Assembly (NCBI GenBank): GCA_002256025.1 | Contig: NKIB01014757.1 | Location: 1 to 40,838 of the forward strand | Direction of reading: 5' to 3' | Length of the DNA stretch: 40,838 bases | DNA from: Asterionella formosa | Taxonomy: Eukaryota | Shown here: positions 1-11,400 of the stretch, in pieces | Layout of the letters: each line of letters opens with the position of its first letter | Numbering within the stretch: the stretch's first letter is position 1 | Position numbers and translations under genes: made by a program | Notes under the pieces: model-generated | The model's input: only the letters and a program-made list of their open reading frames with translations | The model's database searches: none | What the model was told of the DNA's origin: nothing

Positions 1-1125
1 ATATAAATTGTCGTAAATTTAAGTCAATATCGAAAATGTTGTATTGATCATCATATATCACATGACGTGGAGATTTCTAAACTTACCCTAATCCGTGTTC
101 TTCATGGCTTTTTGGTCGATTGACCATTTCAGGCAATCTATCAAGATGAACAACTTGCTCCAAATCTCAAGCTAATAACATAGCTGAGTAGCCTATATGC
201 TCGGGAAGGAGCCAGAACACTCAGAATTTACATTTACGTAAGTTCTGATAGCGAAACGTGTTATTCTGCGTTCAATGGCTGGGTCAGAGCAGTACAAAAA
301 TTCTCAATTGGTCATGGCAGTTTTTTACTGGTACCTGGTAATACACACATCAGATACAGTAAATAACTCCTGATACATCTTCTATACCTGCATACCTGAT
401 GGTAATACATACCAGATACAGTAGCTACCTGATACAACTTGGTGTAGTACACCAGTCTGCTATACTATCTGCTTGTACAACCTAGTAACAAAGCTGGTGT
501 TTGCCTCTGTCAACCACCACTACAAAGGCAACAGCAAGCAGAATCAACCTAGCACAGCAAATCCTCCTACTCATTACATACACAATGGCTTTGTGATACA
601 AGGTTTTACTAACTGACCACTTCAGTGCATACTTCTACAAAACTGCTCATTGCAGCCATGCTGATTTACTAGTTACTGGTATAACTACTGGTGAACTATA
701 AGGATATTCTACACTGAATATTGCAATTGCAATCTTACTACATTTCCACCCAGTCACATTCTCAAGATTGCGATTCTACTCCTATTCCTCCTTACAAAAT
801 AGATTTCTGGTCAAGAATGTTATTTAAAATCTATTTTGCTCAGTTCAACAACATCATCCCTCCTGCCTTCTATGCTGGATAAAAACTTTCTCGCCCTGTA
901 CATCTTCCTGGGCAAACCCATTGTGATCTCCTACCACCATGCATACTGGTAGTTGATTTACCTAATTCAACTACAATGTTATTCATACCAGTTCCACCTA
1001 CCAATTGGAAAAGTCTTTCCTTAAATATCTCTCCAGATACTGATCATTTTGACCAGGCATGTTCTTCTAGTATGACATGTCATTCTTCCATCGAAGAATT
1101 ATTCAGGACTGTTTTCTGTTGTCTT

Positions 1126-1250
1126 CACAACCTACCCATTCTCCTCTTAGTCATTTTAGACATTATCATCATTTAAAAACTATTCAGGAACATTTCACGT
1201 CTCCTCCACAACCTACCCATTCTCCTCTTGTTCATGTTAGACATCATCCC
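1126..1250 (+). repeat. Tandem duplication, period about 80 bp
   Basis: CACAACCTACCCATTCTCCTCTT..TCAT.TTAGACAT occurs at about 1126 and about 1208. Confidence 0.85.
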
Positions 1251-1439
1251 CATCAACCATTGCATGATAGTCAAGGTACCGGCAAGTTGCGGTAATTTTG
1301 CTGACACTAAACATTTAGCTATCTTTATACTAGATTTAAATCTTAGTTCAAGCAAAATGATCGCAACTTGCAGGTACCGGTTTCATATTGTGTCCATACG
1401 TAGGACTACCAGTTCATTGTACTAATATTTATACCGGAA

Positions 1440-1830
1440 TATTAATCGCCGCTAGAACGCGTTTTCGTCAGCATTTGATCAATTTTTAAGATATAGCCAA
1501 AGTGGATGCACCATTGAATCTGCGGTGCCAAGCTTGATATCTTTCACTAGATAATTGTTTCTATCTACTGTACAAATGGATGAGAAAACTTGAGCGACAG
1601 TAATCTTGGCGAGGGTGCAACATCTCAAAATGCAAGAATTTAGCTTAATGTATTTTTTGTACTTACTTTTGTGTATGCACTTCATGTCATGGTTCATATT
1701 TCTGTACAATCTGAATTAGGTCATTTTGTAGTTTAATAAAGACACACATGTATAAACATTCAAAAATGCACTGCTTGTTTTTTACGCAAATAGAAAATTC
1801 GCATCGTACAAATAGTCACAAATTCCCCTG
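1440..1830. mobile_element. Partial copy of hAT-like non-autonomous element, homologous to about 17630-17986
   Basis: Collinear similarity to the 17.6-18.0 kb segment (AGCCAAAG, TTCTATCTAC..TACAAATG, CTCAAAATGCAAGAA, TAGAAA.TTCGCATCGTA..AATAG.CAC.AATTCCCCTG). Both copies stop matching exactly after CCCCTG. Confidence 0.7.
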
Positions 1831-2469
1831 GTGACTGACGGTTTGTGCATTTTTAGACACTTTTATACAAAAATTGTATTCTTTAACCATGCGACAATAG
1901 ATTGCTTGTATTTCAATAAATTATATGATAACAGGAAAGAACTTTTGGTGAAGGCAAAGGATGCCGAGAGTACACAAATCCCACCTTTGACTGGCAGCAT
2001 GCGTTGCCTTGGTTCTCAGTCATCAGTTGTGCAAAATACTGTTACTACAACTGATGAAGATGCCATGTATGCTCTGAATGCAGCTGTTGCTGAGAATTGT
2101 ATTCAGAATATAAGCAAAACTCAAGTCTAATACCAAGAACCACCATTCTACTTCTCTAACTGTGCATTTCTCACTGCATGATGCATCTCCTTGCCCACCT
2201 CGCTCAGTCATTGATCGATGTTTCAAATCCTATCACTAATATGCAAGGAATCCATGACCTGAATTCTTTGTAGAGGAAGTGATCTCAAATCCCATCAGCA
2301 CTCAAAGATCTTCAATTCTGCTCCTGATACTTATACTTACCCTTAGATTCTGGGCGTTCATTTCAGCTTCCCTGCTCATCTACAATTTTATGAATACATT
2401 GCAACAGAGCCTGCACAGGAATCTTCAATGATTGCATGTCTCAATAGAATCATGCCAAATATCAAGTGT

Positions 2470-2906
2470 GATATTTCTTCATGGCATGATGGCGATATCC
2501 TTGCTTCTTTTGTTCCAAGATCAAGTCTGCAAAACTCACACTTTTGGTACTCTTCTCCTCCAAAATCATGTTTGCAGACCACCTGATATTGCTTTCTTTT
2601 ACCTTATATGTTCATCAACAATGTTTTGACTTCATTGCTGATCAATCTTTGATTACAAATCATAATAGACTTATGCAATATCTCAAATGCGATATTTCCC
2701 ATTTGACAGATAAGGATACCACTCTTCTGCTCCAAAATCATGTGCAAAACCTCGATTCGCACCTCATTTCTCCCACTCTCTGATTGTGCAGATTGCACTG
2801 CTCCATTCGAGGCTAATTTTCTGCTTCAAGATTATGTTTACAAAACCAAAATTTGCGTCTCTTTTCTCCCACTTTCCGATTGTGCAGATCACACTGCTTC
2901 ATTCCC
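2470..2906 (+). repeat. Degenerate tandem repeat array
   Basis: Recurrent unit TTCT(G/C)CT(C/T)CAA(A/G)AT(C/T)ATGT...AAAACC; the last two units also share TTTCTCCCACT.TC.GATTGTGCAGAT..CACTGCT.CATTC. Confidence 0.75.
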
Positions 2907-4067
2907 AGATGCAAAACTTTCCTTTGACAATGCTGGTCACTGGTACTCCTTCATCTGGATTCCACAAGAATTGCATTTACACCTATCTCTGCATAAATTT
3001 TGGATCTTGCAATTGCAATTCACATCCCTCATCAATACCCTTGGTGTATTTCTCTCACGATTCGTATGATGTAACTCTTTTGATATCATTTATGATGATT
3101 TGGTAATCATGTTGATGCACATCATGCACATCAGCCACTTCTTTCTGGCCTATTTCCTTTACATTTCGGAGAGCTTGTTCCATTTTCATTTAGGATGATG
3201 TTAAAACCTGATGATCAATCTTCACACTTGGAAAATTTTCGAGCTTTGGATGTTATTCTTTGGCTTCAAAAGGATGGTCTTTGCAAGAAACTTAGATCAC
3301 TTCTGAGGTACCTTCCAACATCTCGCACTTCTTGTTTCTTTACTCAAGGTATTCAGGTTGATGATCCAAAGAATGCTCTCTCATATTGTCCAGCCCTGAA
3401 ATTTAGGTCTATTGTCACCAGCTCAATGCACATCAATCATCTATATCTTCATTTTGAAGTCATGCACATAATGAAATTTACTCGAACTGGCGAATGTAGT
3501 CATCCAGTCCAATACAATACGTGGATTTATCATTGCCCTTCTATCCAAGTGGTTATGGAGTCTACAGCAGCATTTTGTTTAAAAGCAACTATTTTCCAGT
3601 CTATCCAACTCTTTTGCCCTTCGGTGCAATATTTGATTTGTAACGTTCAGATGAATCTCCCAGTTGGGGTGCGTTTCATCTAGCTATAGATGTTTTTGTC
3701 TGGTTGATGCTTCTTGTCGTGCAATCATTCCTGATAATTTCTTGAGAATGCCAATTCAATCTAACTCTCCCATCTATGTTCGGAACAAGTCTACATGACA
3801 AGACTCACTGATATGCAAATCATAATTCCAGTTTGGACACACTGCCACTCCTAGCTATGCACATCTTCAACAGTATTGCAAGATACACCGCCGCACCTCT
3901 TACATTGGTGATCCAGGTCAATCTCAACATGTACATTATGCCATTGATGCAGAAATCTATTATTCCTGTGGTCATGATGATTTCAAATAAGGTTATGTCT
4001 GATATAGCTATAAATTCATACAAACCCAGTTTTGGCACATTGGTGCCCTCCGATGATTTATCTGGTA

Positions 4068-4900
4068 CCATGGCGATCAAATCGACTTGGATTAGGACGT
4101 CCTCTTATTTTATGAATTCAATAGGATTAGAATGTCTTCTTATTTTATGAATTCAATAGTACAGAAAATCGATGAATGCAACCTGAGGAGAACTTGTATG
4201 AATTTCAGCTACCAATTCAAGAACGCAGTTGACTACACTTTGATACATATTGCTATGATTGTGAGCACTGCAGAAATTGTTAGCCACCTTTCTCATCATC
4301 ACCCGCATGATGTCTTCGAATTTCCCCAATATCTCCAGTATCTTCAGACAATCATGTTTGGCAGCAAGCTCTCTTGAGAAATTCGCTTTATTTCCACCCC
4401 ATATCCCCTTCTGCACAATCTTTGATTTATAATGTGCATTAGGATCCCTTAATATGGTTTTTCACCTATTCCTATGAAGTTTCTTGTCTAGTCAATGACA
4501 TTATGGTTGATGGTTGTGGTGAAATCACTTCTGATGACTGCATTGGAGCGGTTACAGAATTTAATCTGCCTCTCCCATTTTACGATTTTGCAGATGATTT
4601 TTCTGCTTCCATGGCGGTCCATTCGACTTGGATTAGGTTACCTTCTTATTTTATGAATTTAATAGTACAGAAAATGGAAGACTGTAAACTGAGGCTCTGC
4701 ATGATGTGGAACTACCAAATCAATGAAGTTGCCTACACCAAAACAATGATGCTAACAATCATCATAGTAAGGTTAATCAATGTCATTATGGATATTGATA
4801 CCTACTTACAATATTACATCTCGCACCATAACAAGCCGCATGTCGTCCCCATTTTCCATTCTCTATAACAATCATCAGACAATTATGTTTGGTATCCAGC
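4068..4900 (+). repeat. Diverged direct repeat pair (about 4068-4375 and 4609-4900) with a 35-bp tandem duplication at about 4089-4159
   Basis: CCATGGCG.TC...TCGACTTGGATTAGG...TCTTATTTTATGAATT.AATAGTACAGAAAAT and CAGACAAT.ATGTTTGG are present in both copies. Confidence 0.8.
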
Positions 4901-6224
4901 TCATATGGGTCATCTTCTTTGGTTTATAATGATCCAAATTGTTTGTTGTGCACATTCTCCACTGGAAGATTGCTGGCATTTTACAATGCAACTTTTTGAA
5001 AGATCTCCTCCTGATTTTGGAAATGTTTAGGCATGTCATTGGCGAGTTTATGATTTACAGAGTTATTATCTACGTTTTCCTGTATGAATCTCATTGGAAG
5101 GTTCATACTATGGCAATTGTACCTCACATGGAAGATTTCTCAGCTCTTTGGATTGGATATCCTACTTTGATTGATGTTGAGCGATGTTCACATCCATTGT
5201 TTAATGCTTTCTATTTAAAAGATTGAATAGGATGCATCTATTCGTACTTTTTCTGGACATTTACTCTGGTTTCTGCTTACTACATTTCTCATGAGCAAGT
5301 ACATGCTGATTCATCCTCCTGAGGACTGCATTGGAACTGTTACGGAATTCTTTGCCTTAATGCACCACCCAACAGTGAAATCCAATGAATTCTGCCTTTT
5401 GCAACTGCTTGCACTTGGGATCCCATCTACTATTCAGGAAATCAATTCTGTTCCATTTTCTTCTCCAACAATATTGGCTATGCACATCACAACTTGCCAC
5501 CTTCAATTTGATTTCATGTCACCATATTCTACTGTGCCTCAACATACACTCACACTGAAATATGCTCTTAGTGGCTTTACGGTCCTATTGAATGAATTGA
5601 ACAATGAAAGTCATGCCCTGATGAATCTCGGGAATCAACAGATCCGTGTGTCCTATTTTACTTCTGTTTACGACAGGACCAGCACTCAAGGCCTACATGC
5701 AAATACCCAACTTAGTCAAATCTCATTTTTCAAGATTGACTCCACTGTTTTTCTCTTGATGCCAAGATTCTTTCATTACTTTCTTGCCTGTTGGTGCTTC
5801 CTTTGCATCATTGCATGAATATGATGGAAACTTAATTCCTTCATTTTTCCGGTTTTGATCACCTACTCTTGCTACTTCCCTTGGCCTCACCAGTCAGAAA
5901 CACCATCAGAAAATTCCTGTTACTTTTCTTCCAGATATCTCATTATTTCATGAGATGGGGTGGATTTTATGAATCGCTGTCCTATCATGATGTAGATTCA
6001 TATGCCTGTCTGTTTGTCTGTGAACGCCTGTCTGGTGTTCTCGCTCTACTCTCTATCTCTACAAAAACTACTTTAAAACTACTCTAATCACTCTTTTAAC
6101 AAAACCCCCTCCAAATTGTTCCTGTTGAGCTTGTCAGGTTCATTAATTGACTCACAATTCTCTCCTCGTCCTCCTCCTTTGTCCTCGTCATTATTCGCCA
6201 TCATTCCCTCTTTCACAACATATA

Positions 6225-6456
6225 TACAAAATATATTTTATATGATGGGAAATAGCAAGCTAAAAATGATATTTATGCTCTATTTGTGGGCAGTAGGTAA
6301 GCGAATGGTGCGACAATAGCTAGCTGTGAATTGCCTCAACCATACCCTTCTTGGTGGCCAGGCGCCACTCGTACCGTCAAACTACTCGCGCCACCCAGCC
6401 TCGAACACATGTACCGGTATACCGGGACTCGCAGGGATGAGACCGCGTGTATTTGC
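6225..6456. repeat. Diverged partial copy of the unclassified repeat at 40367-40560
   Basis: Shares AAATATATTTTATATGATGGG, GTGGGCAGTAGGTAAGCGAATGG, GAATTGCCTCA and ACTCGCAGG.ATGAGAC with the 40.4 kb copy in the same orientation. Confidence 0.85.
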
Positions 6457-6647
6457 TACCTTGAACAAACCTTGTTGGCGTTCTTTTCTTATGTAGGCGG
6501 TCATATACAGCGGGTACAATATATCATACACTCGAAGTAATAAATATTTCGTACCAGGTGGTACCAGGTACCAGGTATACTCATAAATAAAAAGTTAACT
6601 AATGATAAATAAATATACTGTTCCTTATAAAAGGCATACTGAACGCT

Positions 6648-8368
6648 ATGATGATGTTGCGTTCAATTGTTCCCCGTCGCCTGCCTTTGACGTTGGCTTG
6701 TCGATACACGTCTTCTGCTGGTATTGAGGTAGCAGAATGGTTACAGGAAAGCTCAGAACATGATGGTGTTGCGCAGATACCGGCGTACATGAATTGGATC
6801 GACGGCAACTTCGTCGCCTCATCTACTCACGAATGGATGAATGTCACGAATCCGGCCACAAACACAGTGGTTGGTCGGCTGCCAGAATCAACGCCACAAG
6901 AGCTGGAGTCGGCAATAGAGACTTCTGCAAAGGCATTTGCATACTGGAAGCAAGTTCCAGTGCAGCAACGACAACGTGTCAACCTCAAGTATCAACAGTT
7001 GATTCGTGATCGCACAGACGACATTGCAAGGTTGATTACGTTAGAAAATGGCAAAACCATGGCCGACGCGCGTGGGGATGTCTTTCGGGGGCTGGAGGTT
7101 GTTGAGTCTGCTTGCAACGTGGCCGATAAGATGATGGGAGAAACATTGGGCGGGTTGTCAACTTCAATTGATTGCACCACCTTCAGGCAGCCTCTTGGAG
7201 TGTGTGCAGGCATTGCCCCTTTTAACTTCCCAGCCATGATTCCTTTATGGATGTTTCCACTTGCTGTAGCTGCTGGAAATACATTTGTTCTTAAGCCAAG
7301 CGAAAGAACACCAGGAGCTTCCATGTTGCTGGCGCAGCTAGCACAAGAAGCTGGACTTCCAAATGGTGTACTAAATGTTATCCATGGATCTAGGTCCATT
7401 GTGAATGGAATTTGTGACCATCCAACCATCAAAGCAATATCATTTGTCGGCTCCAGCCAAGCGGGTGAATTTATATTTGATAGAGGGACGAAGAATGGGA
7501 AGAGAGTCCAAGCCAACCTCGGGGCCAAAAATCATGCGGTGATCTTGCCTGATGCTGATCGAGCCACAACCATCAAGGCTCTTGTTGGTGCTGCTTTTGG
7601 CGCTGCGGGACAAAGATGTATGGCTCTTAGCGTTGTCATATTGGTGGGAAGAGCTCAAGAGTGGATTCCAGATTTGGTTGCTGAAGCGTCCAAGCTCAAG
7701 GTTGGAAATGGATTCGACGTGAGCTCAGACCTGGGGCCGTTGATTACTGTTGAGAGCAAAGAGCGCGTGAAAAGTATTATTGGTTTGGCTGTGGAGCAAG
7801 GGGCTAAACTTGAATTGGACGGAAGAAATATTGTCGTTAAAGATTTTGAAAATGGTAACTTCGTTGGTCCCAGCATCCTTTCTCAGCTAAAGTTAGGCAA
7901 TATTGCATACGAAACTGAAATATTTGGCCCGGTTCTCCTCTGCATGGAAGCCGAAACATTGGAAGAAGCCATGGATATTATTAACGGAAACCCTTACGGA
8001 AATGGTACAGCGTTGTTTACAAAGTCCGGAGCTGCTGCAAGGAAATTCCAAATGGACATTGATGGTGAGCATTCGTTACTTGTCATTCTCGCTGATGCCC
8101 GAGAATTTTGTATTTTATTAACTTTGTTTGTCCTTTTGTCTCACTGGTTCATATAGTCGGGCAAGTAGGAATCAATACCCCTATTCCTGTGCCGCTACCG
8201 ATGTTTTCGTTCACTGGCAGCAGAGGCTCAATCCGTGGAGACATCAATTTTTACGGAAAGTCTGGAGTGAGTTTCTACACTCAAATAAAGACAGTGACTT
8301 CCAACTGGCCAATTGGTAGCCAGACTGAATTAGGAGGTGTCAACATGCCTATGATGGGCAAGAAATGA
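6648..8368 (+). CDS. ALDH6A1: Methylmalonate-semialdehyde dehydrogenase [CoA-acylating], mitochondrial; exons 6648-8064 and 8157-8368, 542 aa
   Basis: ALDH6/MmsA motifs [37 protein letters not shown] (catalytic Cys) and EIFGPV. Removing the 92-nt GTGAGC...ATAG intron (8065-8156) restores [14 protein letters not shown] in frame. Arg/Ser-rich N-terminus resembles a mitochondrial presequence. Confidence 0.95.
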
Positions 8369-8466
8369 GAACAATGAATTCTAGGACCTACGGAATATTT
8401 ATGTGACGTGGAAATTAATTTTCGGGGACATCGTAGTCATTAGTTGCAAACACGACACTAGTCTTG

Positions 8467-11400
8467 TTAAGCAGACACTAGCCCCTTTTGTAGCTCGTCA
8501 ATTATCTCGTTAGGCTTCATGTCGATGTCGGCAACTTCCAGAAGCTCATAAATATTCTTTGTCTTTTGACAATCCTCCACTTTCTTCACAACTTGTATAA
8601 CACTTTGCTCAACTAACTCATCGCTCATATTTACCACAAAAACAGATGACAATTTATCAAGGATGGCATACAATGTAATCATAGGCCTCAATGGCATTGC
8701 AAAATCGTCAATCATCGGCCCACTGGAGGTTCCGCTGTTGTTTTGTCGAGTGGAGGGTTCGGCCTCCATAATAGTGTTGCAAGTCTCCCACTCTGAAAAC
8801 GCAGTGGCTTTGGTAAGACGAGTACTTCCACGTTTGGGCGAGAGGCATCCACTTTCATCGGCCCCAACTGCGTGTCGGCGTCCAGCACAGGCAAGGAGAC
8901 CACACAGAAATAGCTTCTTATTCACAATCCATCGGCGGTCCGCATGAGGCAACTTTTCTTTATTATTTTGATTTGAATCATCAGATCCATTGTTGTCGAA
9001 TAAAATGCAGCACAACCCAGCCATTGGTGCCGAATCGGCAATACCGCGCATGAGGGATGCAGCCGTCGCAGACCCTACACCTTGATAATCTTTGGCCATA
9101 ATAATTCTGCTTGCGGCGAGAAATCCACCACTAAGTGCCCGGGCGTGACTGGCAATATCAGGAGCATCATGCTCAGCGTCGTTCGCGAACATGTCAGCCA
9201 TGAAGAGTTGATAAAACATAAGGGCCATATTAGACGACAATGATCCTCCTCCACAGTCCCCATTTAGGGGCTCCCCGAACGCTACTCGTAAAAGAAGTAA
9301 TCGAACATCGTGGAGAACAGTCCAAAGCATTGATTTCGGCCTTACACCAAGTAGGTTAGAAACAGTCGTTTGGTAGTCAGTCAAAGCCATATCGACAGCA
9401 ACCAGAGGTACTTTTGAGCTTTCTGATGAAACCAAAGGTAGAATGATGTTACACGAAACTCGCGAGTTTCGAAGACTAGCACCTTCCCATTCGCTTTTCG
9501 GAGCCTTTGGGTGAGTTCGATCAGCATTCTTAGCCTTTGCGTGGCAGCTGCAGTGGATTGCGTTTCCGGCCGATACAGTTGTCGTGAACTGCGTAGGTCG
9601 GCGATTTGGAAGCGTTGCTGACAGAGACGACGACGAAACATTCGAAGACTTTCTCAGTGCATCAGCAGCAATCCTAGCAGGACGAAACCAGTCACGATCA
9701 ATTTTGGAATTAACCAACGAAGGAGGCAAGACTGACGGGAGCGAAACCAGTAACATGACGCCTTCAATGCTTCCCGCACTACCACATTTATGGGGCTGAA
9801 TAGTTACTTTCTTCACGTAAGCATAGAGCCCAAGAAGCTCTGATGGTTGAAGCACCCTGCCCTCCTGGCAAACGGCACAGGTCAAGCCCTCCTCGTCTTC
9901 TAGTGCCTCCATTTCTGCTATCCAAGCAGGTAGTTTTGTTTCAGATTTCTTGCTCTTCTTCATCGAAGATCGAGTGTTTCCTGTTCCTTCGTTACCCGTC
10001 GCCGGTGAGGACGAACCAAAGAAATCGAAGACAGGTGCCAGTAACGACGAAGCGCTTATAGGGGCTGTTGCAACAACATTCTTGTTGGACCCTGTTTCCA
10101 GGTTCCCGGCCAAGGGCCCGTGGGCACTCAAGCTCACCAATGCCTTGCTACGTCGCTCTTCCGCAATTTCCTTCTTGCGATCTCTGGTTCTCCGGCGTAT
10201 TGCATTCACCTCCTTAGTTACCACGTCATTGCCTTCCCTTAACTCATCTATTATTGTCTCTGCCAGAAGACCCATACCAAACGTGGATATTTGAGATTTT
10301 TTGTTGTCGGAGGTGCTCTCGATCCAATGACAAGCCTCGAGAAACGATCGCTCTTCATTCTCTTCTCCAAAAGTCACTCCAGCAATAAGCGATTGTGTCC
10401 CTTCGTGGCCTTTAGCTAGCCCGCGAAGCATATCGAAAGCAATTTTCACGCCCTTTCGTTGAAAGTATTTCCGCCATTCTGCCTCGAGTTGCTCTTTCTT
10501 CACTTCTTCCTTCTTTGTTACGGCATGCTTCGGCCACAGAGCTGCTGTCCACGGAGGAGGACCGGATGGAAACCCCTGCAAAACGAAGAAAACAATACCC
10601 TGTACAAACTCACATTTCAGTAGCTCAGATCGAAGTGTGTGACAGACATCGCTTGGAGGAAGGTTGATCGCAGCTTGAACGAAGGTGTCCATAATCACGA
10701 ATCCACGGCTTGTGGTGTGCTCGCTTTCGCCGCAATCGGCAAGTTTCTCAACGGCAACATGGGCGACAAAATGCTCAGCAAGTTCCCTTGACAAAGACAC
10801 TTGGCCATATGTAAGGAATGGCAGCAACTTTGCAATGACTTTGCGTAGCGGCGGGCCCAAGTAAATTGTCCTTAAAGATGAAAGCAATAAAGGAAGAGTC
10901 GAAGTCCCTTGGTCATTTTCCATGTCGTCTTCTGCCGTCTCATCGTCAGTGGAAATGTCGGACGCCAAAGTTTCAATCAACTCTTCTATGAGATCTGCAG
11001 TGGGGTTGTTCACAACCGTAGCGTTCTGGTCAGTTGACGAATCCATGTCACTGGGTTCATCGATGAGGTTCAAAACATCGAGTAGCAGTCGCAAGAGAAT
11101 GGTTGGTGCTCGTGCTTCCACGAGTTTCTTCCGATTGCTCTGCAGCTGGGAGCAATGTCGGAGCAACTTCAAACCAGAACAAGGTGAGCTTTTCATGAAT
11201 TCAGCAAGCGATGGATTGCACTCCATTCGTTTTCCCTTCTTGTTTGTTTTCAATTTTACGTCATCCCGCCGTATACGACGAAGTATATCGCGAACGTGAG
11301 TCCGGATAGAGCGAAGAAGAACACATATGCCTCTACTGTCAGTTACAATGCGGGTCAAGCCAAACTCCTGATCCATGAGTCGTTCACGCTCCTCTTGAGA

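Larger units (their letters stand above)
1..6220 (+). mobile_element. Highly degenerate repeat region, probably an LTR retrotransposon relic; putative polypurine tract 5952-5964 and 3' LTR about 5965-6220
   Basis: Only short broken ORFs, many internal duplications, few CpG. GAGATGGGGTGGA is followed by TTTTATGAA (possibly a decayed TGTTA start) and a C/T-rich segment ending CACAACA at 6220, where a different repeat begins abruptly. No clear RT or integrase motif and no matching 5' LTR seen. Confidence 0.35.

Noticed and set aside
2470..4900. Repeat arrays as CRISPR-like
   Set aside because: Units are long, degenerate and irregularly spaced, with no unique spacers or cas genes, in a eukaryotic locus.
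3195..5818. ORFs of 95-175 aa as host genes
   Set aside because: Lie within duplicated, CpG-poor repeat DNA with no recognisable domains; best read as decayed element fragments.
8065..8156. C-terminal 30 aa of the 502-aa ORF and the separate 86-aa ORF at 8108-8368
   Set aside because: Intron read-through; splicing merges both into one ALDH6 CDS.
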